A stretch of DNA of 63,611 bases, counting the filler, from Octopus bimaculoides (lineage: Eukaryota): the NCBI RefSeq assembly GCF_001194135.2. It is 5 parts of 5 records of this genome, joined end to end, with 100 filler letters (N's around TTAATTAATTAA, not from the genome) between each part and the next. Parts side by side here need not be neighbours in the genome. Positions count along the whole stretch, not along the records: positions 61,714 to 63,611 come from NW_026428669.1; 4 more parts are not named here. One strand, 5' to 3'. The stretch's first letter is position 1. Each line of letters opens with the position of its first letter. The translations under genes and the position numbers were made by a program. The notes beneath the pieces are model-generated. The model saw only the letters and a program-made list of their open reading frames with translations. It was not told where the DNA came from and searched no databases. Shown here one piece after another: positions 61,715 to 63,611 of this stretch.

Positions 61715-61927
61715 GGGCCAGGGGCTTTCCCTGTCTTCATACTCTTGATCGCTTTATCTACTATGGTACTGTTAATTCGGATAGCTGGTCCCTCGTTGGG
61801 TCAACATGCAGCAGGCTCTCTTCCTCCCATTCATTCCCTTTATTAAGCAACCTTTCATAGTGGCGTCTCCAAACCTCTCTCTTTGCAGCCTCGTTTAGTG
61901 CAAGTGAGCCATCACCCATGCGGACAT
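61715..61927 (-). mobile_element. RTE LINE internal fragment (EN-RT linker)
   Basis: The reverse complement translates VRMGDGSLALNEAAKREVWRRHYERLLNKGNEW..IRINSTIVDKAIKSMKTGKAPGP. Confidence 0.8.
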
Positions 61928-62100
61928 GATGCTGGTCTGTTTACATCCCTGTAACTAAGCGGTTCGGCAAAATGAGACCGATAGAATAAGTTCTAAGCTT
62001 ACAAAGAATAAGTCCTGGGGTCGATTTGCTTAACTAAAAGGTGGTGCTCCAGCATGGCTACAGTCAAATGACTGAAACAAGTGAAAGAATAAAAGAAAAG
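61927..62100 (+). mobile_element. SINE family B, 3' part
   Basis: GTAACTAAGCGGTTCGGCAAAATGAGACCGATAGAATAAG..GGTGCTCCAGCATGGCTACAGTCAAATGACTGAAACAAG. Confidence 0.85.
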
Positions 62101-62113
62101 AATATATATGTAT

Positions 62114-63272
62114 CATCATCATCATCATCATCATCGTTTAACGTCCGCTTTCCATGCTAGCATGGGTTGGACGATTTGACTGAAGACTGGTGAAACCGGA
62201 TGGCAACACCAGGCACCAATCTAATTTGGCAGAGTTTCTACAGCTGGATGCCCTTCCTAACGCCAACCACTCAGAGAGTGTAGTGGGTGCTTTTACATGT
62301 CNNNNNNNNNNNNNNNNNNNNNNNNNNNNNNNNNNNNNNNNNNNNNNNNNNNNNNNNNNNNNNNNNNNNNNNNNNNNNNNNNNNNNNNNNNNNNNNNNNN
62401 NNNNNNNNNNNNNNNNNNNNNNNNNNNNNNNNNNNNNNNNNNNNNNNNNNNNNNNNNNNNNNNNNNNNNNNNNNNNNNNNNNNNNNNNNNNNNNNNNNNN
62501 NNNNNNNNNNNNNNNNNNNNNNNNNNNNNNNNNNNNNNNNNNNNNNNNNNNNNNNNNNNNNNNNNNNNNNNNNNNNNNNNNNNNNNNNNNNNNNNNNNNN
62601 NNNNNNNNNNNNNNNNNNNNNNNNNNNNNNNNNNNNNNNNNNNNNNNNNNNNNNNNNNNNNNNNNNNNNNNNNNNNNNNNNNNNNNNNNNNNNNNNNNNN
62701 NNNNNNNNNNNNNNNNNNNNNNNNNNNNNNNNNNNNNNNNNNNNNNNNNNNNNNNNNNNNNNNNNNNNNNNNNNNNNNNNNNNNNNNNNNNNNNNNNNNN
62801 NNNNNNNNNNNNNNNNNNNNNNNNNNNNNNNNNNNNNNNNNNNNNNNNNNNNNNNNNNNNNNNNNNNNNNNNNNNNNNNNNNNNNNNNNNNNNNNNNNNN
62901 NNNNNNNNNNNNNNNNNNNNNNNNNNNNNNNNNNNNNNNNNNNNNNNNNNNNNNNNNNNNNNNNNNNNNNNNNNNNNNNNNNGGTGTGGCACTTTTTCAT
63001 GCAGCTATCCTCATCCATTCTCACCACATGTCCATACCAGTGCAATCGTCTCTCTTGCACACCACAACTGATGCTTCTAATGTTCAGCTTTTCTCTCAAG
63101 ATACTTACACTCTGACGGGTATTCACATTGACATTACACATCCAACGGAGCATACTGGCTTCATTCCTTGCGAGCTTACGTATGTCCTGAGCAGTTACAG
63201 CCCATGTTTCACTGCCATGTAGCATGGCTGTTCGTACGCATGCGTCATTGGCTGTTCGTACGCATGCGTCAT
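62114..63272 (-). mobile_element. 5'-truncated RTE LINE: ORF C-terminal region, gap, 3'UTR and (GAT)n tail
   Basis: 62983-63248 translates ACVRTAMLHGSETWAVT..RKLARNEASMLRWMC..LREKLNIRSI..VQERRLHWYGHVVRMDEDSCMKKC. After the 681-N gap, the same strand carries the tail seen at 28901, 30532 and 34205. Confidence 0.8.
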
Positions 63273-63275
63273 GTG

Positions 63276-63309
<34 letters not shown>

Positions 63310-63341
63310 TACAGTATATATATAGTATATATATTTATATA

Positions 63342-63611
63342 GAGGAGACCTCCTTCGGTCATGAATGACCATGGGATTGCACCTAGAAAATTAACCTCCA
63401 AGGCACAAGTCTGGGCAAGGCTGTTTGTGGAAGGCCAGCAGTGGCCCATGCATACCAGCCTCCCCTCTCCACACCACTGATGTTATCCAAGGGAAAGGCA
63501 AAGGCTGATACAGCTTAGCACAAGTGATGTCGCAACTCATTTCTATAGTGGAGTTAACTGGAACGTGAAATAAAGTGTCTTGCTCAAGAACACAACACGC
63601 AGCCTGGTCCA
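63342..63611 (-). mobile_element. SINE-like element with family-C core and a third distinct body (runs off window end)
   Basis: ACGTGAAATAAAGTGTCTTGCTCAAGAACACAAC at about 63563-63597 is the reverse complement of the C core. It is preceded by a different GC-richer body starting GGAGACCTCCTTCGGTCATGAATGACC. Confidence 0.6.

Overview
This is AT-rich, repeat-saturated eukaryotic genomic DNA with about 6 kb of N gaps. The SINE repertoire and microsatellite load look like an octopus (coleoid cephalopod) draft scaffold; that assignment is from recall, not a search. I can support only one host coding exon: a + strand SLC6 (Na+/Cl- neurotransmitter:sodium symporter) exon at 29819-30041. It encodes the N-terminus and TM1 ([31 protein letters not shown]) and ends at the family's conserved phase-1 GT donor. 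The next exon (GAF/GVF..PY) is not visible, so the rest of the window is probably intron, or that exon lies in a gap. Almost everything else is mobile DNA: several modular tRNA-derived SINE families (my labels A, B, C, D, F), degenerate LINEs of four kinds (Tx1/L1, R4/Dong, RTE, Penelope-like), Tc1/mariner remnants (mariner, Tc1-like, DD37D maT), MITEs and Helitron/HINE-like pieces. There is no CRISPR array or prokaryotic system. The most interesting signals are: (1) a Penelope 3' end carrying a tRNA-like Pol III cassette next to a hammerhead-ribozyme core; (2) a 5S rRNA head fused to the SINE-B tail; (3) a pre-tRNA-Ala fragment fused to an RTE 3' tail; (4) a Tx1 LINE whose 3' end joins inside a SINE; (5) R4/Dong elements tied to (TACA)n versus (TAA)n arrays; (6) a tandem duplication that gives the SLC6 exon two alternative splice acceptors. 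Repeat boundaries were set by eye and are approximate (about 10-20 bp).
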